Shown: positions 25,806-39,257, numbered from the stretch's first letter. The stretch is DNA of 64,000 nt from Octopus sinensis (GCF_006345805.1 NC_043006.1:38874001-38938000); one strand, 5' to 3'. Translations and numbers: made by a program. Notes: generated by a model from the sequence alone, not told the origin.

Positions 25806-27469
25806 TACTATCTATCTTGACATAGAATACTATCTGTAAATGAGTGTCACTATCATATAAGCAGTGTTGTTCAATTCCAATGTTCTGCATAAACATGTCT
25901 GACTCTACAGAAATATTACCATTGTTCAGGAAAAGCAAATGTTGGCAATGGGAAGAGTATCTGGCTGTACAAAGTCTGTCTCAGTGAATCCTGTTTGGCT
26001 CATACAAGCATGGAAAAGTGGATGTTAAAATGAAGATGATGACAGAGAACAATGTTTTCCACCAACACCAGGCCTTCACCTCTCTCTCAAATCTAAAATG
26101 ACTTCACTTCTGTATCATCACATCTCTATCAGATAACAGACAAAGTGTGAAGTTTAATTGGTTTCTTTTGATAGCTTAACTAACTCTTCGACTGACGAAA
26201 ATATAATCTGCTAAGAAGAGAGGCTTCATGCGAAAATACAGGATATAATGATAATCTGTCTAGTCAAGATCTATCTGATTAAAATTTAGATAATGCATCC
26301 ATCCAGTAAACACAGATTGTGTCTGTATAATCTACACATTGGCTACAAACTGTGTTAATCTAACTAGTATACAGTCTGGGCTGGTTGAGTAAATAGCTAG
26401 CAACTGTGTCTATCTAGTTGGCATCAAAGAACTGAGCTTGATGAGTCAACAATATGTACATACCATGTTTATCTAGGTGACATCTAAAGATTGTGTGTAT
26501 TCCGTCAACACACTATAGAATCATCTTCTATAGACCATGTGTATAATCAACAACAAAGAACTATCCCTAATAACCAATATCTTTAACACAGCACCAATCC
26601 ATTTATTGCATTCTGAGTTCAAATTCCACTGAGGTCAACTTTGTCTTTCATCCTTTCAGGGTTGATAAGTTAAGTACTAGCTGCATACTGGGGTTGATCT
26701 AATTGACCGGTGCACTCCCCAAAATTTCGGGCCTTGTGCCTAGAGTAGAAAAGAATATATATGTATATATATATATATATATGTGTGTGTGTGAGTGTGT
26801 GTGTGTGCACATGTGCGGGCGTGCTTGCATGCGTGCGTGTGCATTTACTCTTTTATTTGTTTCAGTCACTGATAAATGCTGGAGCACCACCTGTAGTCAA
26901 AGAAATCAGCCACAGGACTTATTCTTTGTATGCCCAGTACATATTTTATCGGTGTCTTTTGCCAAACTGCTAAGTTACAGGGACGTAAATACACCATCAT
27001 AAGCTGTCAAATCCCCACACCACTGAACCACATGTCTTCATGTATATAAGTAAGAATATACAGTATCTAGCCAGTTAGTCTCTATACAGTGTAACTATTT
27101 CGTCAACATGTCAATATCTACACTAAAATGTCAATTCAGAGGATGTCATCTACACACATTGCCAATCCAGATGTCATCTGCTCTCTGTGTCAATCCAGTC
27201 AACAGGTACACACAATACCAATCCAGTTAACTTCGTTAATACATTATATCAGCTCAATAAATGTCTGTATATTCCATCAGCATCTCCAGACTGTACCAAT
27301 CAATTTAATAATTACTTACAGATTGTGCCATTCCTCTGTAAATAGGTTCTGTCTACTTGGCATCAATCAACAGACAAATTCTTTCTATTTCTTACTGAAT
27401 TCTCAAACATTAATCGCATCATCTTTCATTTAAACGATGCTTCTTTGTGGAAAAATTTTCGGCATCTAA

Positions 27470-27855
27470 ATGATAATGATGATGGTGGTGGTGGTAGTGA
27501 TGGTGAAGATGTTGATGATGATGATGATGATGATAATGATGGTGATGATTATAATGATGATAATGATATGGGCTATGATTATGGTGATGGTGATGGTGGT
27601 GATGTAGATGATAATGGTAATGCTGATGATGATGATGTTGATGATGCTGATGATGATAATGATGCTGATTCTGACGATGATGATGATGGTGATGATGATG
27701 ATAATGACAGTGATGATTATGATGATGATAATGATATGGGCTATGATTACGGTGATGGTAATGGTGGTAATGTAGATGGTAATGGTAACGCCAATGCTGA
27801 TGATGCTGATGTTGATGATACTAATGTTGATGATGATGATGATGATGACGATGAT
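27470..27855. repeat. (GAT)n tract with an internal ~170 bp duplication
   Basis: AATGATATGGGCTATGATTA occurs twice within the tract. Confidence 0.85.
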
Positions 27856-28553
27856 AAAGAAATAAACTTAGCAAATGATTTTAAAGCTAAATAACATCAT
27901 CAACAACAACAACAACAAAATCTCCCGTTCCTGACAAAATGAAAGTAGAATAGATATCTATCTACATGCTATATAAGATCAGTTCTTGTAAAGGAATTAG
28001 CGCTGCCTGCCAATGTTTGCGATGACGACCAAGATGATGACGACGGTGGCGGGGGTGAGGTGGGGGGTTGCGGTGGTGGTGGTGGTGGGGGATTGCGGTG
28101 ATGGTGGCGGTGGTGGTGGTGGCGGTAGTGGCGGGTCAAATGCGATTCTTACGGATTGGGTGAGGGTCGACGAAGATACTGCTTGCTCCTTTAGGCTGAC
28201 CTCTGTTTCTGCACTGAATCTTTTTTTTTTTCCCCCTCTCGTGATGACAGGTATCAATATTTGCTTTTCCAAAGAAGCAGGCACGAAATGATCTAAGTCA
28301 ATCTGACAGCTTCATTTTTAAATGCAGTCTTGTCAACCCCCACACCCCTGCACCTTCTCCCCCCTTCCCTCCATTCCCACCACCCCTTTAAATCATGAAA
28401 TGTACATTAAACAAGTTGCTGTCAATCGATGGCAATAAATAAGTAAAGAAATATTATCAATCAATTGTATCTACCCCTTTCATACCATGCATATCATCAG
28501 CAACAGAGTGATATATATTTGAATATATATGTATATATATGTGTGTATGTGCA

Positions 28554-28607
<54 letters not shown>

Positions 28608-28998
28608 TATATATGTATATATATATGTGTGCATATATATATGTATAAACATACATACATTTATATGTACACGTATATAAATATATACATATATATATAT
28701 GTATAATATATGTACATACATGTATATATACAAATGTGTATATATGTGTGTATATATATGTATAATAGACACAGATATATAGGTGCATATATATATATAT
28801 ATATACAAAGATATATGTGTATATATGTACATATGTGTGTGTGTGTATGTATATATACTATACATATATATTACTATACTATATTACTATACATATATAT
28901 ATATATATATATATACACAAAGATATATGTGTATATATGTACATATGTGTGTATGTATATATACTATACATATATATTACTATACTATATTACTATAC

Positions 28999-29073
<75 letters not shown>

Positions 29074-29144
29074 CACTCATACATAAAGACATACATAGGC
29101 AACAATACATATCTGTCAGTCTGTCTGTGTCTATCATCACCATC

Positions 29145-29405
29145 ACCATTACCGTGACCATCCCCATGTTCATTAAAGTGGTGATCTGGCAGAAACGTTA
29201 GCACACCAGGTGAAATGCTTAGCAGTATTTTGTCTGCTGCTCTGTTCTGAGTTCAAATTCCACCGAGGTCGACTTTGTCTTTCATCCTTTCAGGGTCGAT
29301 AAATAAGTACCAGTTACACACTGGGGTCAATGTAATCAACTTAATTTCTTTGTCTGTCTTTGATTGTCCACTCTATGGACAATTGCCCCTTGTGGGCAAT
29401 AAATA
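29145..29405 (+). mobile_element. CORE-type SINE family B, tail variant 2
   Basis: Head ..GGCAGAAACGTTAGCAC..CTGAGTTCAAATTCCACCGAGGTCGAC; CORE-like TTTCATCCTTTCAGGGTCGATAAATAAGTACC; tail ..GCCCCTTGTGGGCAATAAA. Confidence 0.75.
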
Positions 29406-30442
29406 AATAGCATCCCCATGCTCATTATCACTCCCACCATACACTATTGCTGCAACCATTGCCCTGTCATACTCCTCATCCCCTTGGTCATCATCATCTT
29501 CATTGTTAGAGCGTTATGGCACATTGGGCAAGTGTCTTCTACTATAGCCTCGGGCCGACCAAAGCCTTATGAGTGGATTTGGGAGACAGAAACTGAAAGA
29601 AGCCTGTTGTATATATGTGTATATATGTGTGTGCGTGTGTGTGTGTGTTTGCGTGTGTGTGTTTGTATGTCTGTGTTTGTCCCCCCAACATCACCTGACA
29701 ATCGATACTGGCATATTTACATCTCCGTAACTTAGCGGTTCGGCAAAAGAGACCGATAGAGTAAGTACTAGGCTTACAAAGAATAAGTCCCGGGGTCGAT
29801 TTGCTCGACTAAAGGCAGTGCTCCAGCATGGCCCCAGTCAAATGACTGAAACAAGTAAAAGAGTAAGAAGTTATCATAATCATCGTCAGCATCACCATTA
29901 TCATAATCTTCATTGTTGTCATCATCATCCCCACAATGTGTAACAACCAGTGCTACCTTTGGAAGTTTATTTCCTACCTGTCCACCCTTTAACAATGATT
30001 AAAATTTACTGCCACTTCATTCCAATCCATTAGTTACTATCATATACAGCATCATCATCGCACACACAGCTACAGCCTCACTATATTTTCCAAAGAAATG
30101 GTCTTGTACCTCAAACTCTCTAGACAGTCCTTTACTTGTTTCAGGCATTAGACTGCAGCCATGCTGGGGCATCACCTTAATGAATTTTTAATAGAATGGA
30201 CCAACCACAGAACTTCTTTAATTTTTTTAAGCCTGGTACTTACTCCATCAGTCTCTTTTGCAAAATAATTATTGTATGCATAGAAGTGACTGTGTAGTAA
30301 GTAGCTTGCTTACCAACCATATATATATATATATATATATATTATGGAGAAATTCTACAAAATATATAAATGGATGATGAGTAAAGCACTGGCACAATTT
30401 TGATTACCAGTTGTTATCTACACTTCATAGTGGTGGTTGGGG

Positions 30443-30692
30443 TAACAGTATTAATAAAATAGGAGATAGAATGTGTTATAGACTTTCAGCCAATTCTGGG
30501 TCTCTTCAGGTACATCAATAAAAATTCTCACTAGAGATTTCTTGAGTCAGCTTACATACCGCTATATGTCCATCAAATTCAAGTGAGACTTTTTATTGAT
30601 CTACCTGAAGAGACCCAGAATGGGTCAAATCGTGTGTTGTACACAATAAAGTCTATTTACAAATCCCATCTCCTATTTTATTAATACTGTTA
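30443..30692. mobile_element. Head-to-head palindromic element with outward-facing hammerhead-like motifs (HH3)
   Basis: Arms TAACAGTATTAATAAAATAGGAGAT.. and ..ATCTCCTATTTTATTAATACTGTTA. CTGAAGA occurs on the minus strand at 30509-30503 and on the plus strand at 30605-30611. Confidence 0.7.
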
Positions 30693-30696
30693 GATA

Positions 30697-30758
<62 letters not shown>

Positions 30759-30770
30759 GTATATATATTT

Positions 30771-31165
30771 ATGAGAAACAAGAACGAAAATGCTACTTTC
30801 TTAAAATTGGGTACATTTTAATTTTCCTTTTACATGTTTCGGTTTTTGAAAAACCTTATCAAAAGTATGTACTAAAATGGAATGTGTAAAGAGAAAAGAA
30901 TTAATAAAAATATTAAATTAAAATTAAAATTAACATACATAGTTTACTTTCCTTTTTCCTGCAAGAGGAAAATGGAAAGTAAACTATGAACGTTAATCTT
31001 AATCGTAATTTTCATTTTAATTTAATATTTTTATTAATTTTCTCTTTACATATTCCATTTTCACACATATTTTTGATAAGCTTTTTCAAAAACTGAAGCA
31101 TGTAAAAGGAAAATTAAAATGTACCCAATTTTAAGAAAGTAGCATTTTCATTCTTGTTTTCCATC
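30771..31165. mobile_element. Head-to-head ~395 bp palindromic element with U3-A8 hammerhead-like motifs (HH4)
   Basis: Arms of about 190 bp around a centre near 30960. TTGATAA-stem-GAAA-CATG-TA occurs on the minus strand at 30862-30831, and TTGATAA-stem-GAAG-CATG-TA on the plus strand at 31073-31104. Confidence 0.7.
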
Positions 31166-32177
31166 AATATCTACTTACTCATGTGTTACCTCTACAAATC
31201 TTTTCATATATATATGTATATGATGGGCTTCTTTCAGTTTCTATCTACAAAAATCTACCCATAAGGCTTCAGTTGTCCTGAGCCTATAATAAAAGACACA
31301 TGCTCAAGATGTCATTCTGTGGGATCGAATCCAGAACCATATGATTCAGAAGCAAATTCCTTACCACAATGCCATGCCTGCACCTATCTGAATAACATAT
31401 TTTTAAAAATCCAAATCTCTTACACTTGCTTCTCTTATTACATCTATTATACTATGATATATTTGGAATAGTTTCCTTATCTTTATTGTTAAAATCACAA
31501 TCTGTCAGTAGTTGTACCCCAAGGCTTTTCTTCAGATGGCTGTTGTATTTAGTAAAGTTCTTAGAATTTCAAACTGAACCTTTTATTAAATTCATAGGGT
31601 GAGATTGATTGCGTTCCATGATGCATACTGAGCTGAATATTAATCCATTAATGCCTAGTGATCACAAAACAATAGGATTATGTAAATTGATAGTCACAAA
31701 CATTGCTGTGTGGTAAGAAGTTTGCTTCTGAGCCGTGTAGTTTTGAGTTCAATTCCATTGCATAGCGTCTTGGATAAGTGTCTTCTACTATAGCCCTGGG
31801 CCGGGCCAACCAAGTCCAAGCCAAGTAAGTGGATTTCCTCTGTCAACTAGTTAGAAACTGAAAGAAGCCTGTTGTACATATTCATACACACACACGCAAG
31901 TAAATAATAAATTCTGAATGATTAAATTTGAAACACTCTCCACATTTTATTAACTTTCCATGATTTCAAACTGTTACATAATCATTGTTTTATGACTTTT
32001 TCACTCACATTGTTTATTTTTCTCGTTATTTAATTCTAATTAATTGTAGAACGTTAATTAAAATTTATGCCTTAATGGGTTAAAAATAATGGAAAGACAC
32101 TATTATGAGAATGGTTAATGGTTAATGTTTAGTGAGAAGTGTTACAGGTGAGGGATTGAGAAGAAAATACGAAGATG

Positions 32178-32585
32178 GCACAGGAGTGGGTGTGTGGTAA
32201 GAAGCTTGCTTAACAACTACATGGTTCTGGGTTCAGTCCCACTGCATGGCACCTTCGGCAAGCGTCTTCTACTATAGCTTTAGGCCAACCAAAGCCTTGT
32301 GAGTGGATTTGATAGATGGAAATTGAAAGAAGCCTGTCATATGTATGTATATATACAGTATATATAGGTGTATATGTGTTTGTCCCCGCCCTGCTATCGC
32401 CTGACAACCGATGCTGGTGTGTTTATGCCCCTGTGACTTAGCAGTTCTGCAAAAGAGACCGACAGAATAAGTACTAGGCTTACAAAGAATAAGTCCTGGG
32501 GTTGATTTGTTCAACTAAAGGCGGTGCTCCAGCATGGCCACAGTGAACATGACTGAAACAAGTAAAAGCAATAAAAGAATAAAGA
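32178..32585 (+). mobile_element. SINE family A, full length
   Basis: Head-to-tail homology with the other family A copies. Confidence 0.85.
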
Positions 32586-32979
32586 ATGGAAGAAACAACA
32601 CAGAACAATCGAGTAAGCTATTGTAAGTGATGATAGTGACTTTGAAGTAAGGTAAAGAGACCCAGTCAATAATCGAGAGAGGCAGCCATGAGATATGGCC
32701 AAATAGCAATGATGAAAGCTTGTTGGAAACATGACGTGGATGCGTGGCTGGTACCCGTTTACCCATGTAGTCATAAGCTTGGGAACAGGAGGTGGTGCTG
32801 GAGGTGAAGGCAGACCTCCAAAATTCTCTGGGGCTATGAAATTGCTTTGAAAATCCTCCTGAAAATCTTCATTGCCAAAATGAAAGAGTGTAGAAACATT
32901 TTTGGAATGATTTGAAACATTATTTTACCTTCATTGGATTTATCTCATTTGGTTGATGCACAAATATAATCCTTTCTAT

Positions 32980-33385
32980 TATAGGCACAAGGCCTGCAAT
33001 TTCAGGAAAGAATGGTGGCGGGGGGGCTTTAGTTGATTACATCGACCCCCAGTGCATAACTGGTGTGTAACTTATTTCATCGACCTTAAAAGGATGAACG
33101 GCAAAGTTGACCTTGGTGGAATTTGAACTCAGAACGTAAAGACAGACAAAATACCTATTTCTTTACTACCCACAAGGGGCTACACACAGAGAGGACAAAC
33201 AAGGACAGACAACGGATCAAGTCGATTATATCGACCCCCAGTGCGTAACTGGTACTTAATTTATCGACCCCGAAAGGATGAAAGGCAAAGTCGACCTCGG
33301 CGGAATTTGAACTCAGAAGACAGACAAAATACTGTTAACCATTTTGCGTGGCAAGCTAATGATTCTGCCAGCTCACTGCCTTGAT
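32980..33385 (-). mobile_element. Two abutting CORE-type SINE family B copies
   Basis: GGATGAA(A/C)GGCAAAGT(C/T)GACCT(C/T)GG(C/T)GGAATTTGAACTCAGAA occurs twice, with different tails. Confidence 0.8.
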
Positions 33386-33447
33386 GCATAAATATAATAA
33401 TCGTAATAATAATAATAATATAATAATAATAATAATAATAATAATAA

Positions 33448-33503
<56 letters not shown>

Positions 33504-35152
33504 TAATGATAATAATAATAATAATAATAATAATTATTATTATTATTATAGACATCGCACAGGATGCACTATATAAAGATTAACAATTATTAAGAATTAT
33601 GTTCTGAGTTCAAATTCCGCCGAGGTCGACTTTGCCTTTCATTGTTTCAGGGTGTATAAATTCAGTACCAGTTGTGTACTGGGGTTGATCTAATCAACTG
33701 GCCCTCTCCCCACAAAATTTCGGACTTTGTGCCTAGAGTAGAAAATAATTATTAAGGATTGGAATATTTTCTGGTTTTTGAAACAAGGTTCTGCTCACAC
33801 TAACCAATGTACAAATCTTGTACAATCAATTATTCATTCTTTCAACTCTACTTCATCAAATACAGCAAAAGCTATGTTTACTTGATGAGATCAGAATAAT
33901 ACCGAAACATGTCAAAAGTTGTTTCCCATATTTCCACAAAAGAAGCACACTTTGCAGCCATATTTTTTCGATTTCAGTTTTTAGTCTCATTGTGAGGGTA
34001 TTTTGGGTGCCTTCTTATGTTACCACAGGCTAACCAATGCCTTGCGAGTGAATCTTGGAGGCGTATGTACCTCTGTGTGTGTGTGTGTGTGAGAGTGTGT
34101 ATGTGTGTGTGAGTGTATGTGTGTGTGTGCCTAGTAGTCGACAACCAGTATTTCTTTCATGTTCCCATAACTTAGCAGTTCAACAAATAAGGACCAACAG
34201 GATAAGTACCAGACTTTTAAAGGATAGAATAGTTATTGGGATCCATTCGTTTCAAGAAGCCCTTTAAGGCAGTGTGCCCCAGTATGGCTGTAGTCTAATG
34301 ACTGAAGCACATAAAAGATAAAACTAATATTGTCTTTTCCCTTAAATTCCACTGAGGTTGCCTTTGCCTTTCATCCTTTCAGGTTTGATGAAATAAGGTC
34401 CAGGTGAACACTAGGGTCTCTGTAATTGGCTGAACCCCTCCCCCAAAATTACTGGCCTTGTGCCAAAATTTGAAATCAATATTGTCTTTTACTCAATAGC
34501 TAATTATTTTTAACGAGTTTTTATTTTTTTATTTTTAATGTTAGATAATAGGCACTAACCTTTACATGACTAATCTCTAACGAAATACATAACATATTTC
34601 AATTAATTCCAAAAATAATTAACAATTTGCAAGGATTTCATAAAATAATTAACCTTTTCATATAAGATGGTAATTAGAATATAGATTTACAAATAAAAGT
34701 TGTAACTTAAAATTACAATGGAAAGTTTTAATATAAATATATTTTAAAATGAGAAGATTTTGTACAATATAGTAAGAGGTGGTCCCATGTGGATTGGTTT
34801 TGAAAAGTGTTAAATATTTCAACACAACTAACATTAGGGAAGCAATAGAGATCAAGTGGAGAAATGTGGATGGTCACTTTGTGATGTCATCATCTGTAGT
34901 ATGGCCTCTTATTTGTGAGAAATAATTGGATTTAGCTGTGAAATGAAAATATAATGGAGAACTAATAGAAAAATAATGGACATTAGATTTGTTTCTCAGA
35001 GAGTTTGACCATCTGCAGTTCTAGTTTTTTTTTGTTTTTTTTTACTGCTTGGCCTGGAGGAAGGAGTTGTGTCCAGCACCATTACAGACCTCTGCAGACT
35101 GCTGAAATCAACACAGTTGATGTTCTATTCACTACAGGATGTTCTATTCATA

Positions 35153-35530
35153 GGTGCAGGAGTGGCTGTGTGGTAAGTAGCTTGCTTACCAACCACATGG
35201 TTCCGGGTTCAATCCCACTGCATGGCACCTTGAGCAAGTGTCTTCTACTATAGCCTCAGGATGACCAAAGCCTTGTGAGTGGATTTGGTAGACGGAAACT
35301 GAAAGAAGCCCGTCGTATATGTGTGTTTGTGTTTCTGTCCCCCCAACATCACTTGACAACTGATGCTGGTGTGTTTACGTCCCCGTAACTTAGCGGTTCG
35401 GCAAAAGAGACCGATAGAATAAGTACTAGGCTTGCAAAGAATAAGTCCTGGCGTCGATTTGCTTGACTAGAGGCGGTGCTCCAGCCTGGCCACAGTCAAA
35501 TGACTGAAACAAGTAAAAGAGTAAAAGAGT
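35153..35530 (+). mobile_element. SINE family A, best-preserved copy (retains CpGs)
   Basis: GGTGCAGGAGTGGCTGTGTGGTAAGTAGC..GTTCCGGGTTCAATCCC..GGTAGACGGAAACTGAAAGAAGCCCGTCG..AGTAAAAGAGTAAAAGAG. Confidence 0.9.
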
Positions 35531-37680
35531 ATTCAAATACCTGTCAGATGAGGGATGCAGGGAAAAGTAAGGCCAGGCAGAATATTCTGTGAGCTAAAAA
35601 ACAGTTCCCCCCACCCCTTTGCTTGCTTGCTTGAAGAATCTATCTTGCGGTTCTAGTTAGAAAAAGAGGTAACTGAGTCAAATAGGCCCGAAGTGGGGAT
35701 GTCATGGGAGCAGCTATCTCTGAAGTAAAGGGGTTACTGTAGTAACAATAAAAGAAAGTGAGAGATGACAGCATGTCTGCGAGGCAAATGTTTGGGGGTC
35801 ACTGGCTCGGGAATGAAATTTGCTTAGGGGGTGCAAACCCAGGTTCAAAAATGTTTCCAAACTAGGTTTTTTTTTTTTTTCTTTGAGAAGGAACCTAACT
35901 TCTAGCTACTTTATACACATCACTTTTTATTTACTGTTTTGTAAACCCGAGGAAAATAAGTAGGGCTGCAAATTTTGGTTCTGCACTCCGCAAAAATTCT
36001 AGGGGGTGTGCTTGTATCACTTGCACCCCCTGTTCCGGGGGGGGGCATTGGTAAATAACTTAATTCTTATCAGTCAAGAAGACTTTGTTTTCTTTGAAGC
36101 GGCTTAATGAGATCTGTATGAGTTTGTACATACCGGGGAACAAAACGAGGTGTTTTAGCTTGCCATCAAGAGATTTACTACTCTTTTTCTTATACTGTGT
36201 GTGAGTATGTGTGTGTATATCTGTGTGTGCATGTGTGTGAGTACATGTGTATGTGTTTGTTGTTTACGTGTATCTGTATAGATGCATATGTATGTGTGTG
36301 CAGGTGTGTATGTGTGTAAGTACGTGTGTGCATGTGTGTACCAGTTGTTTACGTGTATGTGTATGTGTGTGTGTATATGTGTGTGAATATGTCTGTATAT
36401 GTGTGTTTATGTGTGTGTATATGTGTCAAACTCTCAACTTTGAATAGTTTGAAATATTTTCAAGAGAAAGTTTACGATTCTGGTTCTGGATAAAGAAGAC
36501 TGGGAACAAATTTGGCAATTTTTGGCAAAATATGTACCCTTTTACCAAAAGTTAGTGAAATATTTAAAATGTTTACAGTTGGATAGATAGACAAATATAA
36601 CAAAATAATTTGATAAAAAATGTGAATTTTTAATTATTTTCTGAGATTTTACAAAAACAACAAAAATATTTTTTAATTTTCTTTTCTAATAATGTGTTTA
36701 TATGTATATGTGTGTGTGTGCATGAGTATTTGTGTATATGTGTGTGTATGTGTGCACAAGCGTGTGTGTGTGTGTGTTTGTGTGAGGGTGTGTCTAGCTA
36801 CAGGCAATGGAAGTTTTGTATGCATAAAGCCGACATAGAGAAGACGAGGGGTGGATGTGATGTAGTGGTGTGTTGAGATGATATTATTTTCATAGCAATG
36901 AATATGATTAAAAAGAACAGTTTTGAACGATATTCTGGTTTTATAACATGTGATATCAAATGTCATTAGTGATATTGCTCTAATCTGTCATCGTCATCGA
37001 CTTGTTTTAAAGTCCACTTGTCCATGCTTGCCTCCGATAGACAGTACTTGCTGAAGCAGATTTTTTTTCATGTCCAGACGCTCCCCCCTGTCACCAACCC
37101 TCGCCTGTTTTGCAATAAGGTAATATTTCTTCAGGACCAGGCATGTTTTCATAGAAGATAGGAAACAAAGGAGATGGCTTGCATGATGAGGACATGGGTT
37201 TACCCACATCAATTGAAGCCAAGGCAAAGAAACAGTAATACACACGCACATAAGCAAGTGCACATACACAAGCATACACACACACATTCACAGTCACACA
37301 TACACAATAGGCTTCTTTCAGCTTCCATTGACCAGATCCATGCACAGAGCTTTGGTCAGCCTTGGGCTAGAGTAGAAGATATATACCCAAAGTGCCATGT
37401 AGTGGGACTGAACCTAAAACCATGGTGCCACTTAACAAACTTCTTAACCACAGAGCCATGCCTACAGCTATTCATCCAGTTTCTGAATTGGTAACGCCAA
37501 TTAACACATGGGAAAATGATCTCCTTTCAGAAATGGTTTCTTATTTCTTCTTTTTCCATTTTGAAATGGCTAAAGTAAATCATTACAAGACACAATCTCT
37601 ATACCATTATCTTTTTCATAGTCTTTTAACATGGTAAGTTTCATTATTTACATCCGAAGAGATAAGGAGATGGCATTCAG

Positions 37681-37982
37681 ACTGACAAATCCTTTAGCCA
37701 GGGGTTTCATGTCCATATCAAATCGATCGAGATTCCTGCAAGATATTGCTGTGACTTAATTTAAGCCCTAAAATATCACTGACTATCATTACTTCTTACA
37801 CCGGTGAATTGTGTACCACGATACTGGACAGAGTAATTAGCAGTTAAGAGCCTGAACCCCAGAGATATATCATTGGAGACTGGACAATATTAGAACTGAC
37901 AAATCCCTTAGCCAGGGGTTTCATGTCTGAAACAGTTCAGTCATAGTTCCTGTAAGGTATTGCTGTGACTTGATTTAAACTC
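37681..37982 (+). repeat. Degenerate ~90 bp direct repeat, period 214 bp
   Basis: ACTGACAAATCC(T/C)TTAGCCAGGGGTTTCATGTC...TTCCTG(C/T)AAG(A/G)TATTGCTGTGACTT(A/G)ATTTAA at 37681 and 37895. Confidence 0.8.
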
Positions 37983-38700
37983 TCTAAATGAATCACCATC
38001 ATCGTTATAATGTCCACTTTCCAATGATTCCATGGGTCAGAAAGAGTTTACTGAGGCAGATTTTTCTATGGCTGGATGCTATTCCTGTCCCCAACCCTTA
38101 TCCATTTCCAAGCAAAGTAATATTTTCCCATGGCCAAACATGATTAAGTGGTTTATTAGAAATAAATATTGGTCACTTGCAACAATCACATGATGTCAAA
38201 CTAAGGAGACACACACACACATGCAAACACATACACACACCTGTATACACACGTATAGACTCACAGATGCAAATACACAAACACATACACATACATTATA
38301 TGATGGCCAAGGCTACAGAAGAAGACACTTGCCCACAGTGTCACGCAGAGTGATTGAACCTGAAACCATGTGGTTGGGAAGTAAGCTTTTTGGTTGGCAA
38401 AAATATGCAACACAAAACCCCAAAATAGCCACGGCTGCAAACTCCATTGATCCTAGATCTGCTCAGTCAAGGTTAACCTCAGGGTAAGTGGCACTGCCGC
38501 CAACGACAACAACAACAATAATAATTAAAAACGCTAGTGCCATACTGTTCTTGGTCAATTTTTCTGCTCAATATCTTTGCTTCAAAATTCCATCCGTTTC
38601 TCTACTGCTGTGTATACCATTCTTATTTTTTCTCCCAATTTGTTTTTACCATTTCCAACCAAGAAAGGATGTTCTGGAATATCGGATATCTAAATATATA

Positions 38701-38758
<58 letters not shown>

Positions 38759-39010
38759 GTATATATATATTTTCAATAACAACTCTCTGAATCTTCTTTT
38801 CCTTTCAGTGGAGCGCAGTAGATATTCAAAGCTGCAATGGCATCTCTTTTATGCGCATGCAAGCATGTTTGAAATGCATGCATACTTGCTGTCTTGTCTA
38901 CTTAGATACATGCAATATCTTATGTAAATGTCTCCTTCTACTGCATTTATTGTCATACTCTAATGCAGCACTGACTAAGCTTAATGTTAGACATAAAACT
39001 ATTATTATTA

Positions 39011-39044
<34 letters not shown>

Positions 39045-39257
39045 CATTATTATTATTATTACTATTATTATTATTATTTATTCAAAATTGTATATTTTTG
39101 TAGGGAACACACACAAATATATATATGCATGTGTGTGTGTATATATATATATATGTGTGTGTAAGCATACAAATATACAGTATATATATATAACTACATA
39201 TATAAATATATAAATACATATATATATACATATATATATATATATACATACATACAG

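Noticed and set aside
27445-27894. 149 aa Asp/Gly/Tyr-rich ORF, and a similar one at 43052-43381, resembling acidic biomineralisation proteins
   Set aside because: Both lie wholly in degenerate (GAT/GGT)n tracts, with no signal peptide or splice context; other frames are equally open.
38440-38990. Apparent donor CAGG|GTAAGT (about 38484) and acceptor TTTCAG (38808)
   Set aside because: The donor lies in a degenerate copy of a dispersed repeat (GATCTGCTTGATCAGGGCTGACCTGGGG-like), and the spliced frame stops after four codons.
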